Source: Eledone cirrhosa (taxonomy: Eukaryota). Taken from it: DNA of 64,000 nt. The notes under the pieces were generated by a model. That model searched no databases. It was not told where the DNA came from and was given only the letters and a program-made list of their open reading frames with translations. Below are positions 15,969 to 28,310 of the stretch, piece after piece. Within the stretch, counting starts at the first letter, position 1. Every line of letters begins with the position of its first letter. The stretch lies in NCBI GenBank assembly GCA_964016885.1, contig OZ024740.1, positions 195,610,001-195,674,000 on the forward strand. The letters run 5' to 3'. A program made the translations under genes and the position numbers.

Positions 15969-18266
15969 AAATTTCTTTTTGAAGTTCAATAATAATTTCT
16001 TAACTACCTTATTTGGGAATTTTGTATATCAAAACTTCATAATTCTGCCACCTAAATCTCATTCTGAGTTCCAACTATCAATATCAAATTAAATACAGCT
16101 TTGAAGGTTGTACTGAAACTGAGATCAAAGAAAATACATCAAAGTCTTAGAATGAAGAAATTGATGTTGATTTGAAAGATTTTGAAGAGAAAGTCACAAC
16201 ACTAAGAAATGTCGAAGAGATGGGAATCTACAAAATTTCAACCAATGTTAGTGAAAGGATCCTCCTAATCTTACTTCAAATTGTTTACCCAAATTCCCTT
16301 CAGATGTTGGTATAGTTGCAATCTACAAGAAGAAGCAATTCCAGCAGATAATATATTAATAGTTCTTTGAGTTGAGAAATTCCATATTTACTGACTTTCT
16401 CAACTAACCTTCATCCACCATACCATAATTCTAACACTTCTGTTGGAATGTAGCCGCACCCTTTATTAATTATTAATTCTGGACACTTACAATAACCATG
16501 ACACTCTTACACCCTAAATAACAAGAGACTATTTCATCGTGACATCAATGAATCAGTTTACTACAGATTATCTCCTCTGATGAAACTGGTCTTGTTCTCG
16601 ATTTTGACTAGGAATGAACAGTCCAAAGTTTGCAGGCCAGCCAAAATAATATGGGCCCTCAGTTGGGATTTTACTAATTACTATAGATATTTCAAAATTT
16701 ATTCCCCTATGTGAGTTCTTTTTCTTTTTGTTGTTGCTTAGTCAGTGTCCATGACCCTTCATTTTTTTCAGGGTCTTTGTGGCAGCTGCCATCAGAGACC
16801 TCACCAGAATGTTTGCAACAGAATGGAGTTAGCTAAAAGCACTCAAGACCAAGGTGTTGGTGGTGGTGTTAAACCAAGTAATGGATTAAGTTTCCCACTC
16901 AGAACACAAAAAGCCAGAACAAATACCACAAAGCATTATGTCCAATGCTCTAACAATTCCATCAGTTCACTGTACTATACTGGAATTTTATCAACACAAG
17001 AATCAAAGTCAAATGTTGACTTTGGCAGGAATTGAACTCAGAATGCAAAAATTTGGAATTAACACCACAAGGTATTTTGTTCAACAGTTTCGCAATTCTG
17101 CAAATTCATTGAGAAGATGATGATAACTAAAACAAATGGATATGTGAAACTATTAAAATAGACAGAGAATGCTTTTATATGGTTGCTCACCTACTTAGAT
17201 GAACCACAATTGCTTGTTGACATTGGTATCTTTGTGAGAATATGGTGATTACTAAGAAAAATCAATTACTGGAACTCAGATGAATGAATGTATTGGTGAT
17301 AGTTTCATTACAAGTCTAATAAGTAGAGATTGTTTTATGTCCCTAATGTATTATTTTCAACTGAGATACACGTCCATCTGACTAAAAGAAGGTAATACAA
17401 ATAATAACCCTATTATATATATATACATATGGTGGCTGCCAACTCGTTTTCGAGTACAGCCACTACTTTATATCCATGTAAGAGAACCCCTACCGATGTG
17501 CTAAACAAGTGTGACTTTTTAGTCCAGCCAGCGACTTGAAAACTCTGGTACAAACACTTCACCTGTGACAATTATTGACACATAGTGCTGGGCCCATGGT
17601 ACCATGTGATGACAAGTGCAGAGAGATCTCCAGATGTAAAGCAATGCCTGTGCCGTGAAGCTTTTATAGTGAACAAAGGCACTGCACAAAGCCAGTCCCA
17701 CTCTCTTTACCAAGATGATATTTACCAAAAAGAAGAACAAGTCAACATCATTGGATACCATCAGGGTTGCAGGTGTTATATCAGAGTTTTCCTTCTCCTA
17801 GAATTCTGCCTTCACAAAGGCTAAGGGGTCATACATACATATACATACATATATACATACATACATATATATATATTGTTATATTTGGGGAGGGTCATAT
17901 TGTTATATTGTCAGAAATAATAACACATATATATACATATATATATACATATACACATATATATATGCATATACACATATATGTATATATATATATACAC
18001 ACACATACATACAATATATATATATAAGGTGTGAATGTTGAGCAATAAAGAACAGCTGCATAAATTACTAGACCCACCATGATAATTATCTGTTGATGAA
18101 GGCATAATTGTATTCAAGGGTAAGCTAAAATTGTATGACTTAGGAAATTAGCCAAACAGAACATAAAAAGTTAATATATGTGTAAACTAGACTCCAAATA
18201 TCAATGTCACCTGAATTTGACAACAAAAAGTTGGGTAAATATTAAAATATAAGGATTTGTGTACTT

Positions 18267-18350
<84 letters not shown>

Positions 18351-18526
18351 GATAAATCTACCAAGAGTTTACGGTAGTGTCCAATCCGTATGAAGAACTC
18401 AATGTAATCCGGATATCATGGAAAGAATTCTAACACATATATGTCCTAGAAACGATCGTTAAATAATGAACTTTTTTTGTTTAATATAAGGAACTGTTTC
18501 ATTGTTTTATTCATTATTTTTTTTAT

Positions 18527-18555
<29 letters not shown>

Positions 18556-18558
<3 letters not shown>

Positions 18559-18717
18559 ACAAAGGAAATGTGTTAAGGAACCAGATGGACCATAATGCAC
18601 CAGAGTACTCAATACTTAGGGTAGTAGAGTGGGAATAGGAAAAAGTATGACCCCGACGGCAGAAATAGCCGTCGAAACGGCTTGAGCTCTGCCGTCGGGG
18701 GTCATACTTTTTCCTAT
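18556..18717. mobile_element. TA-embedded hairpin element (copy B)
   Basis: Aligns to 9101-9282; inverted arms ATAGGAAAAAGTATGACCCCGACGGCAGA / TCTGCCGTCGGGGGTCATACTTTTTCCTAT. Confidence 0.65.
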
Positions 18718-18831
18718 ATCCTATATATATATGTTAGGAGGTTGAGCAGTGCTCATGACTATTTTTAGTGTGTTTTCAAGATTGGTGGGTGGGTGGTAGG
18801 TACTAGGATATCTTCAAATCAGTGATCTGAC

Positions 18832-19063
18832 CTGAATTCTTGCAACAGAGTAAAATTCACTATGGAGTGGATTGTGATGTTAAACTGTATGACAGATTAA
18901 ATCTATCATGCAGAGATGTTTCTGTTTTCAGCTCTATCCTAATAGCTCGGCTGATGACCGGGAAGCTGCCAATACTAATAGCTACAGCACAATTATAACA
19001 AACAGAAGAAATCTTTCTAGAGAAATTAGAGATACCAAACAATATTGTCACATTTTTCAATTA
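18832..19063 (-). other. Candidate non-coding exon
   Basis: Minus-strand TTTTTCTCTTTCAG acceptor and CAG|GTCAGA donor; stops in all frames. Confidence 0.25.
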
Positions 19064-19089
19064 CTGAAAGAGAAAAATGCTTGATTGTC

Positions 19090-19675
19090 ATCAACGATTG
19101 AAGCCTTACTTGGTAGTAACTTGAACTAGTAGCTAATTCTCTTTCAAATCACACTCTACCATCTTGAAAAAAGAACACAAAAGCGTAGTCTTAAATAAAC
19201 TGTCTAAATAAAGAATGGGACAGTCATGACCAATATACTTTTAATGAAAGTTCTGCTCTATCAATGCTGACCTGGGGGAAAACAACAACACTGATAACAA
19301 CAAAAGAGCTAATAAAGGAGCCTCTACAAGGTCATTTACTTGCTAGAAGTAGCACCTAAAGCCAAATTACCTTCAAACCCTGCCTTACCATCTTGAAAAA
19401 CAGAAAAGCCAATTTAGGAAGTGTTCTCTACAAGAAAAAATGATTTCCTTCCCCTAGTTGGACTCATTTAATCATATTTCATGTGTAGTATGTTTAACCC
19501 TAGGTAAGCTCTCATCAAGCATTCCGACCATGACCATCCCATCCTATCTATTTTTATGCATGGTTAATCAAGGACTACATTATTTAATATGTTCTTTTTT
19601 AATGGTATGGTTCAATTTTAAGGAAATTTGGCTGCTATTTCTAGCAAGTCATGCAACCATGTAGTTTTCCTCATT
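19090..19675. mobile_element. Cluster of old SINE family 3 fragments in both orientations
   Basis: Shared GCTAGAAATAGCAGCCAAAT..ACCATCTT(G)AAAAA..CTGACCTGGGG..AACAACAAC blocks, also at 54065-54290, 55625-55750 and 63595-63790. Confidence 0.65.
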
Positions 19676-20964
19676 GACTTACTAAAAGCTACAACTTTAT
19701 AAGACTGAGTGCTTTATGACCTATCATGATAGGAATTTAATAAATTGATTTATGTTGGTTTTTGTTTTCTGGTTCCCCTATGTAAACATTACAAATTGAT
19801 TGGAAAATGTCCATCTTCTTCATGCCTAGAAGGCAGCGGATGCAAGATTTGATTCCCATCATACAATATCAGATATTTTCTTTCCAACTGTAATGCTTTA
19901 TAAGTGTCTATCCATTAACATTTCCATATAAATCACAACTATTATCATATCATATTATTTCTCGGTCTAGGAAAACAGCAACCTTGAATAAAAACTGACT
20001 TAGGCTGTAAAGACCATCCAACCCATGCCAGAATGGAAAGCAAACATACAAACAATGATGATGCTTATGGAGATGAAATCCAAGGTTCTTAATTGGCAGA
20101 GTCAGCGCATCAGATCAAAAGCCTGTAGTGTTTGATCAAACTTTTTTACGCTCCCAGTTCAAATCCTGCCAAGATCAACTTTGCCTTTCATCCTTTCAGA
20201 AGTTAATAAATAAAGTGCCAGTCAGGGAGCAAATGAGCAGAATTGTTTGAGAATTGAATGAGATGTCTGTTTTGATGCTACACATTCTCAGTTCACATTC
20301 CACCTCCCATAACTGGCTTCTTTATAGTATAAAATGGAGCCTTTGTGAGTCAGCAAACAGTGATGATAAACCTTCAATATCAGATAAAGTGATATATCAA
20401 TTGGAATAACATCTCAGTTGCATCAATATAAACAAGTAGACTCTGCACAAGTGGGTTCAAATGCTAAGTCTGAAAATATGTGTACAGTTGGCATTAAGAA
20501 TGGTATTCAGCTATAGAAGACCAAGCCAAAATGGAGCTTGTGAGCAAGATGTGGTCACCTGACCTATCTAACCACATAACATGACAATTCATCTAACTTA
20601 TGTAAGCATGGAAAACAGACATCAAATAGTGATGATGATGGTGATGAAATCCATGCTGTGTACATATAAATTGACCATATACCAACTGATTTCAGTTGAA
20701 ATGTTTCCACTCAGCCATTTTTTATCAAATTACTGGATGAAATGTCAATAACTATGTTGGTTTTAAGCCTACCTGCTCATGGTGGCCATGTGCAGGGTGG
20801 ACAAGGTACCTTCATTGTTCAGGTAATTATCCCTGACCATTAGCTTCTAGGCAAATTTAAACTCAGAAAACAAAGAGACAGAACAGGTGATACTGCAACA
20901 CAATCCTCTTCCCTGGGATGATATTTTATTTATCAACCCTAAAGAGATGTTCCCGGTTTCAACT

Positions 20965-21330
20965 GTTACAGCCAAAATGGGGTTCCTCCAAAGAGTCTTT
21001 AGAGTAATGTTATTTGACAGAGTGCATAGCTCGGAGATCAGAGGGACGCTCCAAGTAAAGCCACTACTTCTCTGAATTTAAAGAGTGGTTAGAATGTCTC
21101 AGGAAAGAATTTGTTCTGAGATAATCTAACCACATAAATATTTTCTGAATCTCTAGGCAGATTTTACAAGCAGAACCAGCCGGGGGGAGACTCAGGGGTA
21201 GACCCCAAGCAAGCTCGCTTGGGGATCCAAACAGATCAATTGGAAACAGTTGATTTTAACATGGTCTGCTGAAAGGAGTGTTTGAGGACTCTGCTCCCAC
21301 AACCCTCTCAGGAATAAGTGGGCAAAGAAG
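20965..21330 (+). mobile_element. 3' fragment of an RTE LINE, same family as 24170-25440
   Basis: AKMGFLQRVFRVMLFDRVHSSEIR; nucleotide match to 25185-25410. Confidence 0.85.
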
Positions 21331-21894
21331 AAGAGAAAAAAAAATACTCTAAAAGGCGGAAAGGCAAAGTTTAACCCAGAATGCATGGAACCAACATGAA
21401 TGCTACAAAACATTCAATCCAACAAACAACTTTGTTGATTTGCTACATATTTTGCAACGGAAATTCACACAAATCAACTTTTTGGAGGAACAACTCAACA
21501 TGGTCTTTCCGTGAAAGTAATATTTTCTAGAATCAGTTTCAATTATATTTGAATGAGACACGCTATCTTCTTCACTTTTAATCTGTCTTTCTAAATATTT
21601 AATTCAGCTTTGCTGTTAATCGGGGGTATGGGAATACCAGTATTTCTGATTTTTCTGAGTGATTTAATATTTCAGATAGATAAAGCATGAGGAATCAATT
21701 ATCTTAATGTTTGTTTGTTTGTTTATTATAGCTAATGAATATTTAATGATTGTTAATTAATCTAACTGTTATTTCCAGCAACTCAAGTGACTGCATAAAC
21801 TTTTCCTCATTGACTTGTCTGCAAAGCCAGACGAGATTCTATGATTCTATGATGACCATCAAAGTAAAGATAAACAACAAATAGAAAAACTTTG

Positions 21895-22041
21895 TACAAA
21901 GACTTAACACGTAAGAGAGTGTGATTTAGTCTGGTAATTACAACAGCTATTAAACAACGAATGGTAAGAACTACTGCTCTTTAAATCCGTATATTAACTC
22001 TTCTGCACACACCGTTATATCAGAGAAGCTAGCTTCACTTT
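21895..22041. repeat. ~150-nt element, copy 1 (copy 2 at 26101-26251)
   Basis: Shared blocks TACAAAGACTTAACAC, GTGATTTAGTCTGGTAATTACAA, ATGGTAAGAACTACT, ATTAACTCTTCTGCACACA, GTTATATCAGAGAAGCTAGC. Confidence 0.85.
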
Positions 22042-22067
22042 CTTTACTTCCCTTCTTTTATATATAT

Positions 22068-22180
22068 ATGGCTGAGTGGTTAAAGAATTGGATTCACAAT
22101 CGTGAGGTCGTGAGTTCGATTCCCGAACCGGGCGATGCGTTATGTCCTTGAGCAAGACACTTTATTTCATGTTGCTCCTT
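22068..22180 (+). mobile_element. tRNA-derived SINE head (family 1 relative)
   Basis: TGGCTGAGTGG A box, GAGTTCGATTCC B box, CCTTGAGCAAGACACTT core. Confidence 0.8.
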
Positions 22181-22309
22181 CTACCTGGAGTTGCGACCAA
22201 TAGATAGTATTAGCAATTGGAAAGACCAATGGAAACATTGTTTCCTCGGTCCGATTTGACGAAAGTCGATCGACTGTCGATATATATACATATATATATA
22301 TTATAGACA

Positions 22310-22605
22310 CCTGAAATATAGGCATTGTTGGCTTAAAAGAAACTTTAAAATAAGGAGTGGCACCCCAATTTGAACTTGTTTATAGAATTCTTTCTGCCTT
22401 TGTCACTCTAAATATAAATTATAGCTTTAAAGAATTAGCTTTTAATGAATTCCCTTTTCTTTCAACCAATGGCCTCCACCCATCCCACTCCCCACCCTCT
22501 CCTACCACCAGAAAAGATATAAATACCACCACATTTATTTGGACAGTCAGATTCCTGATGATTTCTCAAGAATGAAACAGTTCTAGTCCTGTAGAATCTC
22601 ATCTA
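22310..22605 (+). mobile_element. Probable Penelope-like 3' remnant
   Basis: Frameshifted LKETLK/KEWHPNLN resembles the ExLxI...PxLN GIY-YIG end; followed by a hammerhead motif. Confidence 0.55.
22549..22599 (+). ncRNA. Type I hammerhead ribozyme-like motif
   Basis: AGATTC-CTGATGA-tTTCtcaaGAAt-GAAA-CAG(ttctagtc)CTG-TA-GAATCT: stem I 6 bp, both core boxes, stem III and a GUA cleavage triplet. Confidence 0.7.
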
Positions 22606-22614
22606 TATTAAAAC

Positions 22615-22662
<48 letters not shown>

Positions 22663-23279
22663 CATGTATGTATGTATGTGTGTATATATATATACATATA
22701 TACACATACACATGTATACACATATATATACACATTACACATATATATACACATACATATATACATACATATACACATACATACATATACATACACATAT
22801 ACATACATATATATATATACATACACATATATATACACACACATATATACATACACACACATATATAAATACACACACACACATTATATATATATATATA
22901 TATATATACACATAAACTTACTTAACAGACAGAAGTTTTCCAGTCAGTAGTATGCTAATAAATTTAAATAGTTTAACAATTTTATAGGCAACAAATTGAC
23001 ACAAGCATCAGAGCATCAAATTAAATGCTTTATAATATTGGTTCCGGCTCCTTGCATGATGAGATCTAACCCAGTCGAGGTCAACTTTACCTTTCATCTT
23101 TCCAGAATAGAAAAATAAAGTAACAACTTTGGGCAATAGATGGGATGCTTTTCCATATGTTCCTGCTCTTTGTGTTTTGAGTTCAAATCCCTATGTGGCC
23201 TAAATGGGTGATAGATTTCATCTGACACTTGATTTAACATCATAACCTAGCCACTGGGTCCTTTTACTGAAGTCTACTC

Positions 23280-24132
23280 GATTGTAAGTATTTGGGGTAG
23301 GTCTCTGATTTGAGGATACCTTCCTTCTTCTCTCCCACCTGTCTCAGAGGCATTGAAAAGATGCCATAGGCACTGAAAAGCTTCATTCTTTGATTCTGTG
23401 CTGGATGTTCATGTTAAGAGACGGGCTGAGATGTCAACTGAACACCTGCCAGTTTTGTGGGTTTCTTTGGCTTTAGGTTGTCCAAAGTTGCAGATAACTA
23501 GATGGTGATCAGTTGACAGCTCAGCCCTTCTGTTAACGTGAACATCCAGCACAGAATTGAAGAGATCAGAGATAATAACAAAATCAATTATTGATCTCTA
23601 TCTCTGATTCTCCTTATACCATGTATATTTATGGATGTCTCTGTGCTGGATGAAGGTGTCCATAATAGAGAGTTCATTGTTAGAACAAAAGTCTAATAAG
23701 GCCTTTCCATTAATATCTAAATCAGGATCCCTATTCCTTCCAATCACTCCTTTCCATGTCAGATAGTCAGTGCCAACATGTGCATTGAAGTCGCCCATAA
23801 GGATATATGAATGTCTTAACTACACCTAATGCTGCAGTGACTTCATCAAGGAAGGATTGTATTTGGACTCCTTGTTTGGTGCATAAACTTGCACCACCCA
23901 CAGCAGCCAATCTTTCAGCCTAAGCTTCAAGAGGCAAATCCTCCTTCCTAATGGTATCCAGTGCATAACCCATTCTGACAGCCAGAAGTTTGTCAATATC
24001 ACCACTCCTGCCTGTGCAGCCATTTCTGACGCCATACCTGAATAGTGGAGTTTCCATCCTCCATCCAAATCTACAGTACCAGAGCCACAGAATTTTGTTG
24101 CGGAAACCCTGACAATATCTAGACAGTAGCAT
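23280..24132 (-). mobile_element. RTE LINE APE-endonuclease segment (inverted 5' part), pseudogenised
   Basis: GWKLHYSG..AGVVIL, VQVYAPN, MGDFNAHVG, YTWY, IDFV, STDHHLV. Confidence 0.92.
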
Positions 24133-24169
24133 CTAGGCTTCTTATGGAGACTGCAATATATTTTTCGAA

Positions 24170-25440
24170 CAGGCTCCTCTACCTAAGGCCTGAACGTGTG
24201 TGCCAGGTGGCCTGGATCTCTGGAAAAGCACCTTAGCAATGGGAATTGGGAGTAACAAACTCAATTTTCAAAAAGGGAGACAAGAGAGATTGTTCCAATT
24301 ATAGAGGGATCTCCTTGTTAAGCCTCCCAGGTAAAGTCTGGCAGAGAGATGTAGGGATAGTGTTGAGTAGAAGCTAGCTGATGAACAGTGTGGTTTTCAC
24401 CCTGGATACAGCACAGTCAACCAAATATTCACACTGCACCAGGTCTTTGAGAAATTGTGGAAGTACTGCTTTGTAGGTCTTAAAAAGGCATATGACCCCA
24501 TTCCACAAGACCAGCTGCAGAAAGTTCTACAGGAATGAGGGATCGATGGTCAGCTTCTTGTTGCTTGGATGTCTCTATATGAATGCCCAAGTATTTGTAT
24601 TCAGATAAATGGTGCTAAATCAAAACCATTCAATGTGGGAGTTGGACTCTGTCAAATGTGCATACTGTCACCTCTCCTGTTCATTATTTTTACGAACAGG
24701 ATTGACATGCACAGCTGGGTAGGAATTGGTATCATGACTGGCAGGTGTAAAATCAGTTGGCTGGAATTTTCTGACGACATGGTGTTACTTAACTTGACAG
24801 AAGGTGATCTCCAACATGTGCGTCATAGGTTTGATGTTGAGTGCTACATGGCTGGAATGAAAATCAGTGCTGCAAAAACTGAGACACTCGTCCTCTCAAG
24901 AAAGCCTGCACAGTGCACTCTGTAAATGGAGTTCCATTGAAGCAGGTTGAGAAGTTCAAGTATCTCAGGGCCATGCTCATGAGTGATAGAAGGCAGGAGG
25001 CTGAATTAAGTGCAAGAATTGCAGGAACTGGTACAGTGATGCACCAGCTTCAGTATTAGGCAATCAGAAAAAGGGAGGTAGGTGAAAAAACCAAACTCAC
25101 TATCTTCAATTCAGTATCTGTGCCAACCCTTACCTATGGTCATGAATCTTGGACAATGAGCAAAAGGATATGATTGCAAATACAAGCGGCCAAAATGGGA
25201 TTCCTCCAAAGGGTCTTTGGAGTAACATTACTTGACAGAGTGCGTAATTCGGAGATCAGAGAGTTTCTTTAGGTAGAGCCGCTACTTCTCTGAATTGAGA
25301 GATCACAGCTCTGATACTATGGACATGTGGTTAGAATGTCTCAGAAAAGTATCACAGGACAAATTTTACAGACAAAACCAACCTGGGGTAGACCCCAAGC
25401 AAGATGGTTGGATAATATCCATGAGCTCAGCTAGTTTCAC
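24170..25440 (+). mobile_element. RTE LINE RT and C-terminal segment, pseudogenised
   Basis: IFKKGDKRDCSNYRGISLLSLPGKV, GLCQMCILSPLLF, FSDDMVL, VEKFKYL, LTYGHESW. Confidence 0.93.
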
Positions 25441-26100
25441 TTGGCCAATTTGACTCTGTGGAGTACATCCTCTCTTTTAACAGCTCTTGTTTTTTTGTGC
25501 TGCTGGGGTTCCACTTACCCTCCTCATCAGACAAGGGTCTGGTGGGGGAGCTGGTTTAGTAACCAACCACTCAACCATGAAACGGGTTGTACTACTAGGT
25601 TAGATGGTACCAGTAGCAGGCAGAACCCTGACCTAACCATTATTTGGCCAATACTACGCTGCAAATGAGCAGGTTGAATGAATACATAGACACTTCTTCA
25701 CTGATTTAAGCAAAATCTACTTGTTTACTTAGTAATGTAATGATGGCAAAGTATTAAGAAGAGCACAGCAATAATCAGTCAACTGGAACCGAAATGAACA
25801 CTTTGAAAAGAAATATTACCACAAAATATACAGAAAAAGATTTTCTTTTGTTTTTGTTTATTTTGTATTTATTTTGTTGTTTGATTTTGTTTGTTGCTTT
25901 TTGTGTTTATTTTTGTTTTGTTTTGTTGTTTTTTCGTATTTTAACCAGTCAGATTGAATATAAATAGTATAAGAAGAAAGAAAAATAAAGACAGTAAGTA
26001 AGAAAAGAAGGAATATGGTAGTTAGTCAGCAAAGTAAAAAGATTAACAATAAAACAAAATAAAACAAAATAAAATATAACAAACAAAAAAAAAATCATAT

Positions 26101-26251
26101 TACAAAGACTTAACACATAAGTCTTTGTGATTTAGTCTGGTAATTACAAGAGCTATTAACGAAGAAAATGGTAAGAACTACTAGTCTTAAAGTTTGTAGA
26201 TTAACTCTTCTGCACACAACGTTGTTATATCAGAGAAGCTAGCGTCACTTT
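26101..26251. repeat. ~150-nt element, copy 2
   Basis: Direct repeat of 21895-22041 with diverged spacers. Confidence 0.85.
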
Positions 26252-26749
26252 ATTTATTTATATTTTGCTTTCTTTCCAGTCAAAAGAAGTATATTTTTGG
26301 GGAGGTTCTTTTTGTTTTCTTTTGTTTGTTTGTTGTTTTTTTTTGTGTCTTTTTCTTAGTTGCATGTGTGTGCATGTGTGTGTGCATGTATATGTATATG
26401 TGTGTTTCTGTGTTTGTGTGGGTGTGTGTATGTATGTGGGTTTCTGTATGTGTGTGTGTTTTTCCAGTCATTTAGTTAATATGCTACTACAGATATAAAT
26501 CTTCTAAGTTTTCAGACAATAAAATGAAGAGGTTGAACAATTAAGAAGCTAAGAAGCTTGACTACTGACACAGCAATAGATGATATGTTCTAAACTCACC
26601 TCAGCCATTGATAAAGTGTATAACACAATTGGTTAGTTCCTCTTCCTGCTACCTCAGAAGTGGCCATATTGAATTGAATAACTGATAAATGAAGCAAAAT
26701 GGATGTTTGCTAAAGATATAAAAGTCTAAAGTCTGGAGGCTCATCAGGC

Positions 26750-26965
26750 TGGTGCTTATCCTGGTTTCGATGGCATTAAGTGACTGAGAGTAAAAGACTC
26801 TCCCCTGCACAAGATGCTAGTCCATGACAGGGTTAAATGACCAGCTATTGCTGGTACTCATTTTCAGCTGAGTATACTGGAGCAATGTGAAATGAAATGT
26901 TTTGCTCAAGAACAAAACATACAACCCAGTCCAGGAATTGAACTCACAACATTATGATCATAAGT
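26750..26965 (-). mobile_element. tRNA-derived SINE (family 1 relative)
   Basis: Reverse complement of GAGTTCAATTCC B box and TTCTTGAGCAAAACA core. Confidence 0.75.
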
Positions 26966-27067
26966 CCAACCTCCGCTAAAAATATATATACATATGCAAT
27001 AAAAAGATTCAAGGACAAATTTTTTTCAGCTTATAGTAAAGTGATGGGCATGTTGTTTCAAAGCCCT

Positions 27068-27290
27068 AGGGCAGTGGATTGGCAGTATTGGTATAGAGTC
27101 AGACAATATGCTTTGCAGTATATAATTATAACCTTTTACATTCTAAGTTCAAATCCCATCGGAATTAGCTTTGCCTTTCATCATTATGGGTGAGGATCAA
27201 TAAAATAAATTACCAGTAATGCACTGGGGGTTGATTTAATTGACTCTCCCCTACCCACAAATTGTTGGTTTTGTGTCTAAACCAGAAGCC
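27068..27290 (+). mobile_element. SINE family 2 copy
   Basis: GTGGATTGGCAG..AGTTCAAATCCC..CTTTGCCTTTCATC. Confidence 0.8.
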
Positions 27291-27484
27291 AGGATTCACA
27301 TGGCTAGAATACCCACAGCCATATCGCAACAACAACAATAAATGTTCTTAACATATACATAAGGTCAGATATTTTGGAGAAGAGGTTATTACTATTATGA
27401 TTATTTCTAACATAGGAACAAGACCAGAAATTTTAAGGAAAACATACAATTGATTAAACTAATCCAGTACTTAGATACTTTATT

Positions 27485-27862
27485 TTATGATTTATTTATG
27501 AAATATAGCATGTAAATACAGTTTAATAGAAAAAGAAAAAAAGAAAATTTAGATTGAGAAGAAAGAATGGAATGTAATATAGGAAAATATAAAGAAAAAA
27601 GGGAGGGAACGGTAAGTACTCTAGTGTCACAGAAGAATAGGGAGGGGAAGATGATTGGATCTGGGCCTAGGGCAGAGCAGTAAAGGGGATGCGCCTTGTG
27701 GACAAGACCACAAAAGCATTCCTGCAGACAATGGCCTGTGACACCCACTGCAACAACCACTCCACCTCCTGGGGCTCCTTCTTCAGATAGGCCGCCAACG
27801 CTCCGATCATGCGGAGGAGCTCGACTGTAGGGAGTCCAAGTACGCCTGAAGTCTTGAGGGCA
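27485..27862 (-). mobile_element. CRE-clade (RLE-type) non-LTR retrotransposon 3' fragment
   Basis: ALKTSGVLG..LLRMIG..EPQEVEWLLQWVSQAIVCRNA resembles the AxETxGxxG...QRxSxAxxRGNA C-terminus of CRE elements; AATAAA downstream. Confidence 0.7.
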
Positions 27863-28004
27863 TATTTTATTGACTCCTGAAGGATGACAAGCAAAGTTAA
27901 TAATTATAAATTTCTACTTTGGGAACAAGACCAGTAATATGGTAGGAAGGGTGGGAAGTCAATTCAATCAACCCTAGTATTCGACTGGTACTTTATTTTA
28001 TAGT

Positions 28005-28076
28005 GGTGGAGGAAAAGAAGAGGAAAAAGAAAGAAAAGGGGAAAAGAAAGAAAGAAAGAGAAAAAGAGAGAAAGAA

Positions 28077-28109
<33 letters not shown>

Positions 28110-28200
28110 GGAGGAGAGAAAGAAAGAGAAAGAGAGAGAGAAGGAAGGAGAGAAAGAAAGAGAAAGAAAGAGAGAAAGAGAGAGAAAGAAAGAGAAAGAA

Positions 28201-28231
<31 letters not shown>

Positions 28232-28310
28232 TAGAAAGAGAGAAAGTGAAAGAAAGAGAGAAAGTGAAAGAAAGAGAGAAAGCTAAAGAAAGAAGCAAAA
28301 TATCTAAATA
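28005..28310. repeat. Polypurine (GA/GAAA)n tract
   Basis: Direct observation. Confidence 0.95.

Noticed and set aside
16570-16670. CTGATGA with a possible long stem II
   Set aside because: GAAA box and stem I/III pairings cannot be assigned
17425-17830. GC-richer patch with short ORFs
   Set aside because: Probably a decayed retroelement piece; no motif I can identify
25460-25640. Possible ribozyme in an RTE-5'-UTR-like fragment (minus-strand CTGATGAGGAGGG)
   Set aside because: Could not build a hammerhead or HDV-like fold by eye
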